Below are positions 18,487 through 28,431 of a stretch of 64,000 nt of DNA, in pieces. The notes below the pieces were generated by a model, which did no database searches, was not told the origin of the DNA, and was given only the letters and a program-made list of their open reading frames with translations. Made by a program: the position numbers and the translations under genes. Source of the DNA: Candidatus Multivoradales bacterium (GTDB lineage: Bacteria > Acidobacteriota > Thermoanaerobaculia > Multivoradales > J023); the NCBI GenBank assembly GCA_965248925.1, contig CBDFLE010000006.1, positions 832,001 through 896,000 on the forward strand, read 5' to 3'. Position 1 is the first letter of the stretch. Every line of letters begins with the position of its first letter.

Positions 18487-21400
18487 TCAGTCCACTTCGA
18501 GGCGTAGCAGGTCGTTGGCCGCGACCGCCAGGCGACTGGCGATCTCTCCCACCCGAAGGGTGTACTCGCCCTCGGGCAGCCCGCCGATCACCAGCGGCAG
18601 CTCGGGACTCAACCAGGCTCCCACGCCGATGCGTTGGCGGAGAAGGGAGAGGTTCCAGCCGTCTGCAGAGATCAACTCCACCCAACCCTCCAGCTGCCGC
18701 GCTTCAAGCTTGACCGCTCCAGTCTCGCCAGACTCAAGATACAGCTGGCGAGTGCTGTCCAGATCCTCCCAGGCCCCTAGCACCCAACCACCATCGTCCA
18801 CCGCAGCCGCTCGCAAGCGCCGCGGATAGGGCGGCCGAAGCTCGACCCGAGCGACCCCAGCGGAGTCCAAGGTCAGGCGACGACTCTGGTGGTCGTCCCG
18901 CTCGAGAAAAACGAAAGCACCGGCAGCCGGCCCGCCATCTTGTCGGCCGACACGGATTTCCACCACTTCCCGGGCTTCTTCGGCCAGCACCAAGTACACC
19001 GGCTCACGGTCTTCGGGGGCCACCACCACGACTTCGCTACTGCGCGCTCCTGCAAGGGCGAAGAGCTGCTGGACGCCCATCTCAAGACCGGTCAGGGTGA
19101 AGGCTCCGGCAGCGTCGGTGCGCGCCACCGCGATACCCCCCACCGTCTGCACTCGCGCCCCAGGCACCGGCTGGTCGGCGCTATCCAGCACCACCCCCGC
19201 GATCCTGCGGCCAGGAAAATTCAACCGCACCGCATGCACAGCTACCGCCGGCAGCTCGACCCTCTGCGGGGCGCTGACCGCCCCGGATTCGAGCCATAGC
19301 ACGCTCCAGGTACCAGGCCGCAGACCCTCGCTGAAGAACTCTCCCGCGCCGTCGAGACTCACCTCCACCTGCGGCCGGCCAGCGCCGTAAATCTGCTGCG
19401 ACCGCGCTCCGAGCGCCGACCGGCGATGATTGATCAGCCCATGTACCGCGGTGTCCTCAGCACTCTGCCACAGCAGCCTGCCGCCGCTGGCGGGCTCGCC
19501 CCCGACGGTCACCGAGCCGGACACCCGCAGGGGCGATTGCTGACAATCTACCTCGCTCAATCCGGCCTCGGGGACCTCGACCTGCTGCTCGCAGAGCAGT
19601 TTGCGATCGAGCAAGACCGAGATGTTGGCCAGCCCCGGCGGCACATGCAGAAACTCAGCCTGGCCATCGACCACGGTGGCCGACAGCATGTCCATCTCCA
19701 TCCACCGGCGCCGCAGATCTAGACGCACGGTCGCACCATTGGCGACATCCTCGGCAAAGACCAGCACCCTGCTGCCGGCCTGCAAGTAGATCTCTCCCAG
19801 ATCAAGCAGCGACTCTTCGGTGTCGACCGTCAGGTGGCGACGGGCCAGGCCTGGAGCGTCGATGCGTAGCAGGGTTGGCTGCCGCGGCAGGCCGGTGAAC
19901 TCGAACTCACCCGTGGCGCCGCTCTGCGCCTGCAGCAGATCCCCCTGAGCCCAGGCGACCAGCGCCCCCTGCTCCCCCAAGCGCGGCGCCCACACCCTGG
20001 CGCCAGTGATCGCCGAGCCGTCAGTTTGGCGCAACAGCCGGCCCCGAACTTCGACGCCCTGCGGCGCCAGCAAGTCACCGAGGTCGCGAAGCTCCCCGCG
20101 GCGGCCGGATTGCAGGTGAACCGCCAGCTCGCGGGTTCTCAAGGAGCGCAACAGCAGGCGGCTCGGCAGGCCGGGCTGCAAGTCGAGTTCGAAACGCCCA
20201 TCAGATTGCAAATCGTAATCTTGATAGTGATGGCCATGCTCCACCCGCACGCTGCCGGCAGCGACCGCCACCCCCTCTGCATCCAGCAATCTGCCGGTGA
20301 CTCCAAAAGCCCGTTGCAACACCACCACCGGCGGCTCTTTGGGAAAGGGCGGCTGCACGGTGGGGCTGGCTGCGAGATGGCCGGCGGCGCTGACCTCCAG
20401 ACGCAGGGGCTCGCTGGCGGAGACTCCGGCGAGCCGCGCCTGGCCGGCGGCGTCAGTGGTGGCCGTACGTCCGCCCCCAGCGCTGAGGGCCGCGCCCGCC
20501 ACCGCCCGGCCCCTATCGTCGCGCACGATCAGCACCAGCGTTGCAGCGGATTGCAGCGTCACCTCGCCCAGGTCGGCGCTGCCCGCCGCCAGGTCGAGAC
20601 GAGTCTGGAAGGGCGCGAAGCCATCGCGGTGAGCCAACAGTCCGGCTTCACCAGCGGGCAAGCCGGCCAAGGACCAGGCCCCCGAGGGATCGCTGGTAGT
20701 CCCCCGTCCGGCCAAGGCAGCATCGCCCGCCAGCCACACCTCTGCCTTGACCTCCACCCCCTCCAGGCCCTCACCCGCCGGGTCTAGAAATCGGCCGCGG
20801 ACCGTGGCTCCGACTGGCAGCTGGACCCTCGGTGGTAAGGCTACCACCCGGCCGTCCCACGCCACCGAGGCGTGCTGCCGCTCACTGAGGATCAACTTCA
20901 GCGAGGCATGGTCCGGCAACGCTTGCAGCTCGACCGCACCCCCGGGCCCGGCGACCCACTGCGCCCACACTCCGCCACCCTTGCCAGTGCTGGCAACCGC
21001 CAATGCGGTCACCGCCGAGCTGGCCAACGGCTGGCGATCCGCACCGACAATCTGAAGGAAGTGATTTTCAGCCACCTCCGCCACGAGCACCGCCCGCTGT
21101 TGCCTCGGCCGTACATCCAGCCACCAAGATCCCTGATCCTCGCCCACCAGCCGCAGTCGCCAGGGGCGACCGTCACGAGGCAAACGAAGCACCGAACGAC
21201 CGCCCAATTGCCAGGCCGGCAACAGCGCTTCCGGCACCTGCTGCCACATCTCCAGCGGCGCCGCTCGCAGACTCAGCGCCGCCTCACCCTGCTGCGCCCC
21301 ACGGACCCGTACTTCCAGGGTCTGCGCCGCCGGGGCAGTCTCCCAAGCAGCCAGCTCTGCCGGCGCCAAGCGCACCGGCGGCGAGGCCTCGCTCCACAGC

Positions 21401-21567
21401 CAGACTTGCTCGAGCCCCGCCGGCAACTCACTCGGCAAGGTGTCGACCGCTTCAAAACGACCCTGCGAGAACACCAGGACCGCCGCCGCTTGCAGATCGC
21501 TGCAAGGGAGCAAGAACAAAGTCAAAGCCAAGGCGATGGGAAAGGTTACTTTGACAGATCCGTTCAT
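18487..21567 (-). CDS. Large secreted protein with carboxypeptidase-regulatory-like (beta-sandwich) repeats
   Basis: Signal peptide; repeated VxGrvlDxxGxpvaGAxV...TDaaGxF motifs. Confidence 0.75.
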   Translation of the reverse strand: MNGSVKVTFPIALALTLFLLPCSDLQAAAVLVFSQGRFEAVDTLPSELPAGLEQVWLWSEASPPVRLAPAELAAWETAPAAQTLEVRVRGAQQGEAALSLRAAPLEMWQQVPEALLPAWQLGGRSVLRLPRDGRPWRLRLVGEDQGSWWLDVRPRQQRAVLVAEVAENHFLQIVGADRQPLASSAVTALAVASTGKGGGVWAQWVAGPGGAVELQALPDHASLKLILSERQHASVAWDGRVVALPPRVQLPVGATVRGRFLDPAGEGLEGVEVKAEVWLAGDAALAGRGTTSDPSGAWSLAGLPAGEAGLLAHRDGFAPFQTRLDLAAGSADLGEVTLQSAATLVLIVRDDRGRAVAGAALSAGGGRTATTDAAGQARLAGVSASEPLRLEVSAAGHLAASPTVQPPFPKEPPVVVLQRAFGVTGRLLDAEGVAVAAGSVRVEHGHHYQDYDLQSDGRFELDLQPGLPSRLLLRSLRTRELAVHLQSGRRGELRDLGDLLAPQGVEVRGRLLRQTDGSAITGARVWAPRLGEQGALVAWAQGDLLQAQSGATGEFEFTGLPRQPTLLRIDAPGLARRHLTVDTEESLLDLGEIYLQAGSRVLVFAEDVANGATVRLDLRRRWMEMDMLSATVVDGQAEFLHVPPGLANISVLLDRKLLCEQQVEVPEAGLSEVDCQQSPLRVSGSVTVGGEPASGGRLLWQSAEDTAVHGLINHRRSALGARSQQIYGAGRPQVEVSLDGAGEFFSEGLRPGTWSVLWLESGAVSAPQRVELPAVAVHAVRLNFPGRRIAGVVLDSADQPVPGARVQTVGGIAVARTDAAGAFTLTGLEMGVQQLFALAGARSSEVVVVAPEDREPVYLVLAEEAREVVEIRVGRQDGGPAAGAFVFLERDDHQSRRLTLDSAGVARVELRPPYPRRLRAAAVDDGGWVLGAWEDLDSTRQLYLESGETGAVKLEARQLEGWVELISADGWNLSLLRQRIGVGAWLSPELPLVIGGLPEGEYTLRVGEIASRLAVAANDLLRLEVD

Positions 21568-22649
21568 AGCAGGAACTCCGCAAACACCAGCTTCGAGGGC
21601 GTGGCTTTAGTCTTATGAGGCAAGGTGGCACCACTTTGGTAGAGCAGAAATACCGCTTCCTTGCCTCTGAGATCGGCATGCAAATGCCCATGGTCGGAAG
21701 GAAAAGTCAGTGGCAGATCGAGCCACAGCGGTGGCTTACCGCGGTAGAGCACCACCAGCCGCCAAGACACCACCCCGGCGCCTGAGACCCGGCGAGTGAT
21801 CAGGCCGATCTCGCCACCGACCGGCAAGATCTCATCAACGATCTCAAATTGGTTGATCCAAGCACGACGGGCGAGCACGTCTCGCGACAGGAGGTCCCTC
21901 TTCTCTTCCGAGTGGTCGCAGCGCATGCCAATACCCAAGGGCTCGGTCTCCCAGGTGTAGACCTGCTTGGCGGATGCGTCGAGCAGAAAGACATCAGGTT
22001 CCGCGCCGGGCACCAGCACCAGGGAGCCATCGGCGAGGAAACGCAAGACTCCCAGCTCACTGACACGGCAGAAATCAAAGGCCCGTGCGCCAGGGCCGGT
22101 CTGCGAAAATTGAATTGGGCGAAACTCGACCGACTCTCGCCCCAGCCTGGCCAGCCAGCCGATGCCGCCAGTGGGTGCCAGCTGGCGGTCGTCATCACGG
22201 CGGATACCCAGCACTGCCAGCCGATCTCCGAACAGGGCGATGTCCTCAACAAACTCGAAGTACTGCTTATCCGCCAACCCCTCAGCCTGACCGTGACGCC
22301 GCCAACCGACCTCGTAGATCAAAGAGGCTACCCCCAAGTAGCTGTCAGAACGGGCCAGGAGACTGGTCATGACCACCTCCCCTGATCCGTGCCCAGTACG
22401 GCTGAGAATCCTCGGCGCCGCCTCGTCAAGAGAATAGTTCACTGCCCCAAACGGAGAGACTGCGAGAAAAACCGCCTTTCCCTCAGCCCAGCGGACATCC
22501 TGTGCCGCTGCAATATCGCCTCTGAGTAGCAACTCCGACTGGACTTTGACCTCCAGGCTTTGGAGGACGGTCGGGGCCAGCATTAGAGCCGAGAACTGAA
22601 CGAACGCCAGGACTGCCCGCCAGCACTCGCGTATACCGAGGATTCCCAC
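21564..22649 (-). CDS. Secreted hypothetical protein, probably beta-propeller
   Basis: N-terminal hydrophobic signal; beta-strand-rich pattern; overlaps the next gene. Confidence 0.6.
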   Translation of the reverse strand: MGILGIRECWRAVLAFVQFSALMLAPTVLQSLEVKVQSELLLRGDIAAAQDVRWAEGKAVFLAVSPFGAVNYSLDEAAPRILSRTGHGSGEVVMTSLLARSDSYLGVASLIYEVGWRRHGQAEGLADKQYFEFVEDIALFGDRLAVLGIRRDDDRQLAPTGGIGWLARLGRESVEFRPIQFSQTGPGARAFDFCRVSELGVLRFLADGSLVLVPGAEPDVFLLDASAKQVYTWETEPLGIGMRCDHSEEKRDLLSRDVLARRAWINQFEIVDEILPVGGEIGLITRRVSGAGVVSWRLVVLYRGKPPLWLDLPLTFPSDHGHLHADLRGKEAVFLLYQSGATLPHKTKATPSKLVFAEFLL

Positions 22650-22661
22650 CTTCAGCCCCCG

Positions 22662-22883
22662 TCAGGGCCTGCAGCTAGATCCGTTGGTGACGCAGTAGCC
22701 GCCGGTCTTGTTCTCGACACACTCCGTACAGCCGCCACCACTGCCCCCGCACCAGTAACTACCTCCAGCGCTCACGATCCCGGAGTTGGAATAAGTCTCA
22801 CAGCCAGCGCCTTCAAGGGTCAGGGCTCCAGTCACCAAGATCACCGCGGACAGTCCGGATAGAAGTACTTTTCTTGCGCGCAT
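22662..22883 (-). CDS. Small secreted Cys/Gly-rich peptide (73 aa, 6 Cys)
   Basis: GGAGG RBS; signal peptide MRARKVLLSGLSAVILVTGALTLEGAG, then CETYSNSGIVSAGGSYWCGGSGGGCTECVENKTGGYCVTNGSSCRP. Confidence 0.7.
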   Translation of the reverse strand: MRARKVLLSGLSAVILVTGALTLEGAGCETYSNSGIVSAGGSYWCGGSGGGCTECVENKTGGYCVTNGSSCRP

Positions 22884-23450
22884 AATCCAGCCTCCAAAAC
22901 AAAAGAGTTTTCTGCTTAGTGTTTCTCAAACAGGGCCAAGGAACGACAAGAGGCGGGCAAGGCGGCGCACGGCATTCGGGCAGGAGCGGACGAGTATTAT
23001 TTCGCAAGCTGCCTCCAACAACAATAGAGAGTCCAGCGTGGCTGCTCAAGGACCGACAAAAACCATTTGGTAACAAGAGAGCCGGACCAAGCGCCACTCG
23101 GCCCCCTCCTTGCCGAGGGCAGCCAGCACTTCTTGCATGCGCCGATCAAAAACTCTCAAAAAACGATTGCAACGTACCACAAGCGGCAGAGAGAGTCCAG
23201 GCCGGATCCGTGGCAGCGGAGGCAGCGCCGGGGTGGTGCCACTCATTTCTCGCCGATCAGCCGCCCGCACCCGATGCAGCGGTTGAGTCCATCCCTAATC
23301 GAGGCGTGCTCGCCGTCATTCAGCGCGCCAGACAGGCGCCCATAGTAGTTGCTCATCGCCGAAACGCAGCCGGCGGTCCGTCCCAGCCGCTCGGCGATGA
23401 GCCTGTCCGGTGCCGTACTGCCAAGGAGGTGCCAGTCATTTCATCGGCCG

Positions 23451-24677
23451 TCATTTCTTCGGGGCATGCTCGCCGCCATCAGGACGCCACAGAGGCACCT
23501 CATAGTAGTGGCGCATCGTCCTGATGTTGCCGACTGGCCGTCCCAGCCGCTCGGCGATGACCCGGTCCGGTGCCGTACCGAGCAGGGCGATCTCCTCGGG
23601 CTTCCACTTGCGCTGCTGACGCACGGCCGGAATCCCCATGGCGGACCGTATTGCGCCAACCCTTGTCTTCGACAAACCGACATCCTGGGCGATCTCTTTG
23701 TCGGTATCGCGGCCGAGCCGAGCCACCAGCTGAGGCGTCCAGCGCAGCTCCGGCTCGGAAGCCGCTGTGATGCCCTGCTCTGCTCGAAGTTTGGCGATGG
23801 TGGGCCTCGACAGACCGGTACGTGCGCGAACCTCTTTGCTCGGCAGCCCGAGCAACGCGTTCAGCTCGGGAGTTCTCACCACGGACAGCTTGGCATGCGG
23901 CTTGGCAGCGATGCCGAGTTCCTGGCGTTTCTTGCCAGCGCTCGCTGGCGACATGCCGTGCCGGTGCGCGATCGCGGTATCGCTCTCCTTGCCGAGCCGC
24001 TCGGTCATCTCGTCGCTCCAGACGATCGGTGGCCCCTTGGGGTTGTGTGCCTCGATGCCGAATTGCTGACGCTTGATGGTTACCGACGACGCGGCGATCC
24101 CAAATCGCTTGGCCGCCGCCCGATCTGTCATCGTGCCGAGCAGAGCCTTTCGTTTCTCTGTCCAACGAAAGCGGTTGGGGGATGAGTGCGGCGGAGGGTT
24201 GCAAGCAGCGATGCCAAGCACAATCCGCTTGCGAGTGACCGTCTCTTTGCACACGCCGAGCTGCTCAGCGACAGCGCGGTCACTGTCGGCTCCCAAGCTG
24301 GCGATCATCTCGTCGGTCCACACCACGTCAGGGCGCCGTGGGCGAAAGGCGGATATCCCGCGTCGAATCCGCTCGCGACGGACCTTGGTGCCGCTGATCC
24401 CGAATTTTTTGCCGAGCGTCTCGTCAGGGGCCTCGCCGAGCAGAGCAACCAGCCGCGCGGGACAACGAAACCGCTTCCTGGCAATTGGCTGGCGCTCGAT
24501 CTCCACCCGCCTGGCGGGCGCCGGCGGCCGGTCTTGCGCCGGCTGTTCGCGCATCCGTAGGAGGCCCTCGGTGAGGGAACGATGGCGCCCTGGTTCTGTG
24601 CGGCGGCGTGCTCTCGGAGGTGTGGAGGACTTGGACATCGTGGCAATCCGAAGGAGAGTAGAGAGAGAGGGTGACAA
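23451..24677 (-). CDS. Tandem HTH-repeat protein (7 repeats of ~45-50 aa)
   Basis: Repeat consensus WTxExxALLGxxxDxxIAxxLGxSxxTVxxKRxxLGIxA; start codon uncertain. Confidence 0.75.
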   Translation of the reverse strand: MSPSLSTLLRIATMSKSSTPPRARRRTEPGRHRSLTEGLLRMREQPAQDRPPAPARRVEIERQPIARKRFRCPARLVALLGEAPDETLGKKFGISGTKVRRERIRRGISAFRPRRPDVVWTDEMIASLGADSDRAVAEQLGVCKETVTRKRIVLGIAACNPPPHSSPNRFRWTEKRKALLGTMTDRAAAKRFGIAASSVTIKRQQFGIEAHNPKGPPIVWSDEMTERLGKESDTAIAHRHGMSPASAGKKRQELGIAAKPHAKLSVVRTPELNALLGLPSKEVRARTGLSRPTIAKLRAEQGITAASEPELRWTPQLVARLGRDTDKEIAQDVGLSKTRVGAIRSAMGIPAVRQQRKWKPEEIALLGTAPDRVIAERLGRPVGNIRTMRHYYEVPLWRPDGGEHAPKK

Positions 24678-24842
24678 GTCACTTCTCGGCTAGCTACGGG
24701 GAGAGTCTATCGCTTCATCCTGAAGTGCAGGCGGATCCGATCACGGCGACAGATCACCAGACTCGAAATCGTCAGCAAAGACCTCTTCACGGCTCGACAA
24801 AGACGCGCGAGAGCGCGGCCCTCAGCGTAAACTGGCCGCGAC

Positions 24843-25736
24843 ATGGGCGGAGACTCTAGCACTGGCGGCACGATTCTGGTGACCGGTGCCGCCGGCAAGA
24901 CAGGCCGGGCGGTGCTGCGAGCATTGCGCGACTGCGAAGCACCGGCTCGGGCACTGGTGCGGCGGCGCGAGCAGGAGGAGGTGGCGCGAGCCGCCGGCGC
25001 CAGGGACGTGATGCGCGGGGATCTCCGCGATCCGCAGGCGATGGTGCAGGCTACCGCTGGTGCGGCGGCGGTGTACCACATCGCTCCCAACATGAGCCCC
25101 GACGAAATCGAGATCGGTCGCACCGTTCTTGCCGCCGCGCACCGGGCGGGAGTGCGCCGGTTCGTCTTCCACTCGGTCCTCCACCCGCAGACCGAGGCCA
25201 TGTCACACCACTGGCGCAAGCTCCGGGTCGAGGAGCAGCTGCTCGAGACGGGCTTGCCCTTCACCATCTTGCAACCGGCCGCCTACATGCAGAACGTCCT
25301 GGCCCAGCGGCAGCGCCTGCTCGAGGAAGGCAGCTACTCGGTTCCCTACGACAGAGCGACCCGGATCGCCATGGTGGACTTGGTGGACGTGGCCGAGGTG
25401 GCGGCCAAGGTGCTGACGGAGGACGGCCACCTCGGCGCCACCTACGAGCTTTGCGCCGAGAATCTGACCCAGGACGAAGTCGCGGCCCAGCTGGGAGAGG
25501 CGCTCGGCCGCCCGATTCGCGCCGTCACTGTCCCCCTCGAGCGGTGGCGAGCGCAAGCGCGATCCTCCGGGCTGGACGAAGCGCGGTGTGAGGCCCTGCT
25601 CACCATGTTCCGCTTCTACCAGCGTCACGGTTTCACTGGCAACCGCAACGTGCTGCGCTGGCTGCTGGGCCGCGAGCCCACGAGCTTCCGCGATTTCGCC
25701 TCGAGGGCTGCTCAGTCCCGGACACCTGTGGGATGA
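24843..25736 (+). CDS. NmrA-family NAD(P)-binding protein
   Basis: ILVTGAAGKTGRAV, TILQPAAYMQN, VDLVDVAEVAAKVL. Confidence 0.88.
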   Translation: MGGDSSTGGTILVTGAAGKTGRAVLRALRDCEAPARALVRRREQEEVARAAGARDVMRGDLRDPQAMVQATAGAAAVYHIAPNMSPDEIEIGRTVLAAAHRAGVRRFVFHSVLHPQTEAMSHHWRKLRVEEQLLETGLPFTILQPAAYMQNVLAQRQRLLEEGSYSVPYDRATRIAMVDLVDVAEVAAKVLTEDGHLGATYELCAENLTQDEVAAQLGEALGRPIRAVTVPLERWRAQARSSGLDEARCEALLTMFRFYQRHGFTGNRNVLRWLLGREPTSFRDFASRAAQSRTPVG

Positions 25737-25820
25737 CTGGAGCGGTCTGAGATGCTGCTCGCCAGGACCTACGCACTACAGCTGCTGCAGGTGCCACTCA
25801 CTTCTTGGCAGCCTGAAGAC

Positions 25821-26582
25821 CTAGCTCGGAAGATAAGCCCGCATCTGCCCACTATCCACTAGGCTCAACCATTGCTCCGCCAACCGCCTGGCGAAGGTCT
25901 GATCTTCGATCAGCACCCCTACTTCGAGGTTGCGGTAGAGGCCGCGGTCGGTGAAGTTGGCGGAGCTGACCAGCACCCAGCGATGGTCGACGACGGCGCA
26001 TTTGGCATGCAGGCTGGCAAGGGCGCCGGGGGCGATGGTGCGGGGGTCGTAGTAGAGCGCCGGGCGGGGCAGGCCGAAGGGCCAGTTGTCGGCGTAGAAG
26101 CGTTCGCAGGCCTGGCTGGCGTGGCGTTGGGGATCGCTACCTCGGGGGGCACGTTCGATATCGAGGAAGAAAGTGGCCTCGACCCCTCTCTCGACCATCA
26201 CCCGATGCAGCGGCCGCAACAGCTCGGCGCCGTGGTCGAAGCGGTAGCCGCCGACCAACACCTGCTGCTCGGCCTTGCTGAACAGCTCGCGCACCACCAC
26301 CGCGCTGTCGCGGGCCGGGCGCAGACCGGCTTCAGGGCCGGTCCACACCAGCTCGAGGTGGGAGCTGGGGTGATGGCGGCGTTCGGCAATCACCGCCTCG
26401 AGGGCCGGCAAGGCCTGTTCCGCGGCGAGAGCCTCGAGGGGACCCAGGCGATCGGCCAGCTGGGCCAGGCCCAGGGTGGTCAGCGAGGCGGCGTCGAGTT
26501 GGCGGATCTTGCCGTGCCGCAGGGCTCGCCGCAGCAGCTCGAGGTCGGCGGTGGCGACACCGGTCAGACCGAGATCAGGCAC
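25821..26582 (-). CDS. drmC: DISARM phospholipase D-like nuclease DrmC
   Basis: ELVWTGP; single HKD motif LHAKCAVVD...SSANFT...NLEVG; last gene of the DISARM operon. Confidence 0.88.
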   Translation of the reverse strand: MPDLGLTGVATADLELLRRALRHGKIRQLDAASLTTLGLAQLADRLGPLEALAAEQALPALEAVIAERRHHPSSHLELVWTGPEAGLRPARDSAVVVRELFSKAEQQVLVGGYRFDHGAELLRPLHRVMVERGVEATFFLDIERAPRGSDPQRHASQACERFYADNWPFGLPRPALYYDPRTIAPGALASLHAKCAVVDHRWVLVSSANFTDRGLYRNLEVGVLIEDQTFARRLAEQWLSLVDSGQMRAYLPS

Positions 26583-28431
26583 CTAGGTCGGCCACCGAGA
26601 AGTAGGCCAGGTCGGCAGCCTGGCCCAGGGTGGGCACCAGCAGAGCGCGGTCGAGGAAGCGGTTGAAGCGCTCGCAGGAGGGCTCGGCGATGAACAGGCA
26701 GCCGTGGCAGGCAGCCCCTTCAAGGAAGCGTTCGGCGTAGTCGCCATCGGGGGAGTGGCTACCGCAGACCGGGTCGTTGGCGCACAGCGAGCCCAGGTCG
26801 AGCGCCCGCCTGAGGTGCTGGACAATCCGCCGGCCTTCCTCGACCAATCCTCCCAGAGTGCCCTCGGTGCCAGCCGAACCGGTCGACAGCAAGACCCCGG
26901 CCATCGGCCGCTCGCCGTCGTGAGCGGCGCAGTAGATGCGCTCGCGGATCGCCGCCGAGGGGTAGCCGCAGCGCAGTGAGATGGCGTTGATCAGCAGGTG
27001 GGAGAGGGAGTGCAGCAGGTAGAAACGGACGCCGGGATAGACTAGGTGGGAATCCGTGAGACCCCTGCTCCAGGCGGCAAAGCCGGCTTGCAGCTGGCGA
27101 TCTCGCTCGATCACCGCCGGCCGCTGCTCCCAGGCGTACAAGCGCTCCTCATCGAGCTCGATCAGCACCCCCTCGCCGCGGATCTCGCTAGCCGGCAGCC
27201 AGTCGGTGCTCAGGCCGAGGCGCTGGGATTGCACGCCGAGGTCGAACTCGCCTTCGAGGTCAGGGGTCACCGGCTCCAGGCGGGTGAACCCCACCTGCAC
27301 CCGCACCTCGCGCAGCTTGGGCGCCAGCACCAGGCTGGCAAGCCCTTCCGGCAAGCCCGCCGCAGGTAGAAAGCGACGGGCGAAGAAGTCCACTCCGGGA
27401 GGCGGCAACTCGCCGGGACGCTCATCGGGCTGGGCGCGGAAATGCTCGATCTCGGCGCTGCGCAAGGCCAGGCGTGGCATCGCCTCGCCACGACGAATGG
27501 CGGCAATGGTGGCCAGCACCTCCTGATCGGAACCAGCGACCGCCGCCCTGACCTTGGGCACCCTGCGCAAGGCCGGCAGATCCTCGGCGGTGGCCTCGGA
27601 CAGCACGTCCCACACCCCGCGGACCCGCTCTTCCAGCTGCCGCGCCGGATCGGGGATCGACAGGGCGCTGACGATCTGGGCAAAGTAGGCATTCGAGGCG
27701 CTGCGCACCAACAGTCGCTGGCGTTGATCGCAGGTCTCACGCCCCTCGACGCCGAGCCACGGACGGTGGCCGGGGCAGGGCAAGGCGAGATCGTGGATCA
27801 TTGCTCGCGACAGCCGCTGGCCGGCGCTGCAAGCGTCACAGACCACCCGGATCTCCGAGAAGTCGCCGGTGACGCCTTCGAGCAGCCGCAGCCGGGGCGC
27901 GGAACAGTGAGTCTTGGACTCGAGATGAGCGAAGCGGATCCAGGGAAAGTCTTGCAGGTGGCCATCGCTACAGGCGCTGAGGAAGCGCACCGGCACGGTC
28001 TCCGACGGCTTGTCCCGGCCGCAGTCGTGGACGTAGCGCTGGCGCTTCAGCAGCAGGGCATGCTTGCCGACCAGGGCGCGACAGCGGGGATTCTGGCAGA
28101 CGAACCAATTCGGCAGCTGCAAGGCCTGGACGCCATTCCACCGACCCGGCTCGCCATCGAGGCAGGCCGGCGGCAGGCGAAAGGGCTGATCTTCCGCCAA
28201 GTGGATCGGCGGCTCAATCTGGGCCAGGCGCTCCACCAGCTTGTCGCGCAGCCGGGGCTCGGCGACCGTCGGCAGAGGGCGATTGCCAGCATAGCTCCAG
28301 AAGTCCAAGCCACCGACCACCACCGCGTGGTCGAGCAGGTCCACCAACGAGCCAGGGCCATAGGTGCCGACCATCTGGCTACGGCGGATCTCGCCCTGGG
28401 GTGGCTCGCTGCGGCGCCGTCGGCGGCTCAT
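26575..28431 (-). CDS. drmB: DISARM DUF1998 protein DrmB
   Basis: GEIRRSQMVGTYGPGSLVD, LLHSLSHLLI, GTLGGL, CANDPVC, ACHGCLFIAEPSCE; ATGA overlap with drmA. Confidence 0.9.
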   Translation of the reverse strand: MSRRRRRSEPPQGEIRRSQMVGTYGPGSLVDLLDHAVVVGGLDFWSYAGNRPLPTVAEPRLRDKLVERLAQIEPPIHLAEDQPFRLPPACLDGEPGRWNGVQALQLPNWFVCQNPRCRALVGKHALLLKRQRYVHDCGRDKPSETVPVRFLSACSDGHLQDFPWIRFAHLESKTHCSAPRLRLLEGVTGDFSEIRVVCDACSAGQRLSRAMIHDLALPCPGHRPWLGVEGRETCDQRQRLLVRSASNAYFAQIVSALSIPDPARQLEERVRGVWDVLSEATAEDLPALRRVPKVRAAVAGSDQEVLATIAAIRRGEAMPRLALRSAEIEHFRAQPDERPGELPPPGVDFFARRFLPAAGLPEGLASLVLAPKLREVRVQVGFTRLEPVTPDLEGEFDLGVQSQRLGLSTDWLPASEIRGEGVLIELDEERLYAWEQRPAVIERDRQLQAGFAAWSRGLTDSHLVYPGVRFYLLHSLSHLLINAISLRCGYPSAAIRERIYCAAHDGERPMAGVLLSTGSAGTEGTLGGLVEEGRRIVQHLRRALDLGSLCANDPVCGSHSPDGDYAERFLEGAACHGCLFIAEPSCERFNRFLDRALLVPTLGQAADLAYFSVADLGA

